From positions 32,001 through 96,000 of the forward strand of contig JBHGAY010000020.1 in the NCBI GenBank assembly GCA_041946735.1: DNA of 64,000 bases, given 5' to 3'. The stretch's first letter is position 1, and each line of letters opens with the position of its first letter. The position numbers and the translations under genes were made by a program. This document shows, piece after piece, positions 62,329 through 64,000 of the stretch. The notes beneath the pieces are model-generated. The model did not search any database and was not told where the DNA came from. It saw only the letters and a program-made list of their open reading frames with translations. The DNA is from Candidatus Eiseniibacteriota bacterium (GTDB taxonomy: Bacteria; Eisenbacteria; RBG-16-71-46; CAIMUX01; VGJL01).

Positions 62329-63378
62329 ATGCGAATCGCACAGGTTTCCCCATTGTTCGAAAGCGTCCCTCCTCGTTCCTACGGCGGGACCGAACGCGTG
62401 GTGTCGTATTTGACCGAGGAGCTTGTCCGCCAGGGGCACGAGGTCACGCTCTTCGCCAGCGGCGATTCCGCGACGCGCGCCGAGCTGATCCCCTGCTGCC
62501 CGCGCGCCCTCCGGCTTTCGGGCAGCCAGCAGCCGATCGCGCATCACGTCCTGCAAATCGAACGCGTGCTCCGGGAAGCGCCGCGGTTCGACCGGATCCA
62601 TTTCCACGTCGATCTGCTGCATTTCCCCGTCGCGAGGCGCCTCCGCGTCCCCCACGTGACGACGCTCCACGGCCGTCTCGACATGCCGGATCTCATCCCG
62701 CTCTACGACGAGTTCCGCGAGACTCCCCTCGTCTCGATTTCCGACGATCAGCGCCGCCCCTTGCCGCGCGCAGGATGGAGGGGAACGGTGCATCATGGAC
62801 TGCCGGGCGACCTCTACCGTCCCGGCGACGGCTCGGGCGGCTACCTCGCCTTTCTCGGACGGATCTCGCCGGAAAAAGGAATCGACCGGGCGATCGCCAT
62901 CGCGGAGAAGGCCGGGGTGCTCCTGAAGATCGCCGCGAAGGTGGACCCGGCCGACCGCGACTATTACGAGACGCGGATCCGTCCCATGCTCCGGTCCCGT
63001 TGGGTGGAGTACATCGGAGAGATCGGCGAGGAGGAGAAACAGGAGTTCCTGGGCAACGCGCGGGCGCTGCTCTTCCCGATCGACTGGCCCGAGCCGTTCG
63101 GGCTCGTCATGATCGAGGCGATGGCGTGCGGGACTCCCGTGATCGCTCGCCGCCGGGGATCGGTCCCCGAGATCCTCGAGGAAGGACGGACCGGCTTCCT
63201 CGTCGAGGACGAGGCGGGCGCCGTCAAGGCGGTCGAAAACCTTTCGTGGATCGATCGGAGGCGCTGCCGCGAGGAGTTCGAGCGCCGCTTCCTGGCCTCC
63301 CGAATGGCGCGCGATTATCTGCGGATCTACGAGTCGCTCCGCCCTGTGGACGAGGCCGCGCTTTCGACCGCATCGTGA
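62329..63378 (+). CDS. Glycosyltransferase family 4
   Basis: VPP..YGGTERVV, GRISPEKG, EPFGLVMIEAMACGTPV. Confidence 0.93.
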   Translation: MRIAQVSPLFESVPPRSYGGTERVVSYLTEELVRQGHEVTLFASGDSATRAELIPCCPRALRLSGSQQPIAHHVLQIERVLREAPRFDRIHFHVDLLHFPVARRLRVPHVTTLHGRLDMPDLIPLYDEFRETPLVSISDDQRRPLPRAGWRGTVHHGLPGDLYRPGDGSGGYLAFLGRISPEKGIDRAIAIAEKAGVLLKIAAKVDPADRDYYETRIRPMLRSRWVEYIGEIGEEEKQEFLGNARALLFPIDWPEPFGLVMIEAMACGTPVIARRRGSVPEILEEGRTGFLVEDEAGAVKAVENLSWIDRRRCREEFERRFLASRMARDYLRIYESLRPVDEAALSTAS

Positions 63379-63416
63379 CGCGCGCCGCCTCGGACGGCGA
63401 AAGGAGCCACGCATCG

Positions 63417-64000
63417 ATGGAGTCGATCGAGAGTCAGCTCGACAACTATTACATTCTCGCGACCGCCGGCCGCGCGGACGAGAGGACGCGCGTCCTCAAG
63501 CAAGGGGACTCCTTCGGCGTCTTCGATCACTACGGCGATCTGATCCCGGGCGGGATGGGAGAGCAAGGGCTCTACCACCAGGGCACCCGCTTCCTGTCCT
63601 CCCATCGGATGCAGCTCGGGAACCTCCGCCCCCTGCTCTTGAGCTCCACCGTCCGCGAGGAGAACGATCTGCTCGCCGTCGATCTCACGAACCCCGACCT
63701 CCTCACTCCCGGCGGGCTGCTGACGCCCCGCGGGACGATCCACCTCTTTCGATCGAAGTTCCTCTGGAAGTGCGCCTGCCACGAGCGCGTCCGCCTCTCG
63801 AACTACGCCGCGCAGCCGCTCGAGCTGCTCCTCGTCTTTCGCATGGACGCCGACTATGCCGACATCTTCGAGGTCCGGGGCACGCGGCGAGCGCGCCGCG
63901 GCGAACGCCTCCCGGTCCGCCGCGAAGCGAACGGCTTCTCCTTCGGCTACCGCGGGCTCGACGGAGTCGTCCGGCGCACGGACGTGAGCTTCGACCCGCA
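63417..64000 (+). CDS. Amylo-alpha-1,6-glucosidase/glycogen debranching enzyme, partial (N-terminal domain)
   Basis: Not in the track because it runs off the end. MESIESQLDNYYILAT...VLKQGDSFGVFDHYGD...QGLYHQGTRFLS...DADYADIFEVRG; AAGGAG RBS. Confidence 0.85.
   Translation, partial: MESIESQLDNYYILATAGRADERTRVLKQGDSFGVFDHYGDLIPGGMGEQGLYHQGTRFLSSHRMQLGNLRPLLLSSTVREENDLLAVDLTNPDLLTPGGLLTPRGTIHLFRSKFLWKCACHERVRLSNYAAQPLELLLVFRMDADYADIFEVRGTRRARRGERLPVRREANGFSFGYRGLDGVVRRTDVSFDP

Overview
A very GC-rich (roughly 70% by eye) core-genome window from a diderm bacterium. Gene content (PorV/PorQ-family barrel, T9SS-like C-terminal domains, a probable GWxTD-type protein, an M6 protease, KDO/Lpt genes) suggests the FCB group or a related candidate phylum such as Ca. 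Eisenbacteria; this taxonomy is inference. From 1 to 49.4 kb every real gene is on the minus strand. In transcription order: lgt-aroE-comF-rne/rng-rplU-rpmA-mdh-kdsB-pyrG-kdsA-kdsD-lptC-lptB-rpoN-hpf-hprK-PTS(IIA, IIB, GH57, IIC, IID, HPr, EI)-PGI/PMI-nucleotidyltransferase-metK-ahcY-ftsK-lolA-rimO-hypothetical-bamD-nadD-polA-coaE-prfB(+1 frameshift)-pmm/pgm. These are followed by an uncharacterised outer-membrane cluster: heme-motif lipoprotein, beta-barrel, TonB-dependent receptor, large CTD-bearing secreted protein, PorV-like barrel and a probable GWxTD protein. From 49.7 to 64 kb the window holds an M6 metalloprotease, mreBCD-mrdA-rodA, an FN3/FGE-domain lipoprotein pair, a stand-alone (p)ppGpp hydrolase, rubrerythrin, a GT4 and a glycogen-debranching enzyme. 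I saw no tRNA, rRNA, CRISPR array or mobile element. Most notable: (1) a candidate CTP-sensing reiterative-transcription attenuator ahead of kdsB-pyrG; (2) the TBDR-CTD protein-PorV cassette with its adjacent heme lipoprotein/barrel pair; (3) a GH57 enzyme translationally coupled inside a mannose-family PTS operon. Most long plus-strand ORFs in the track are antisense shadows.
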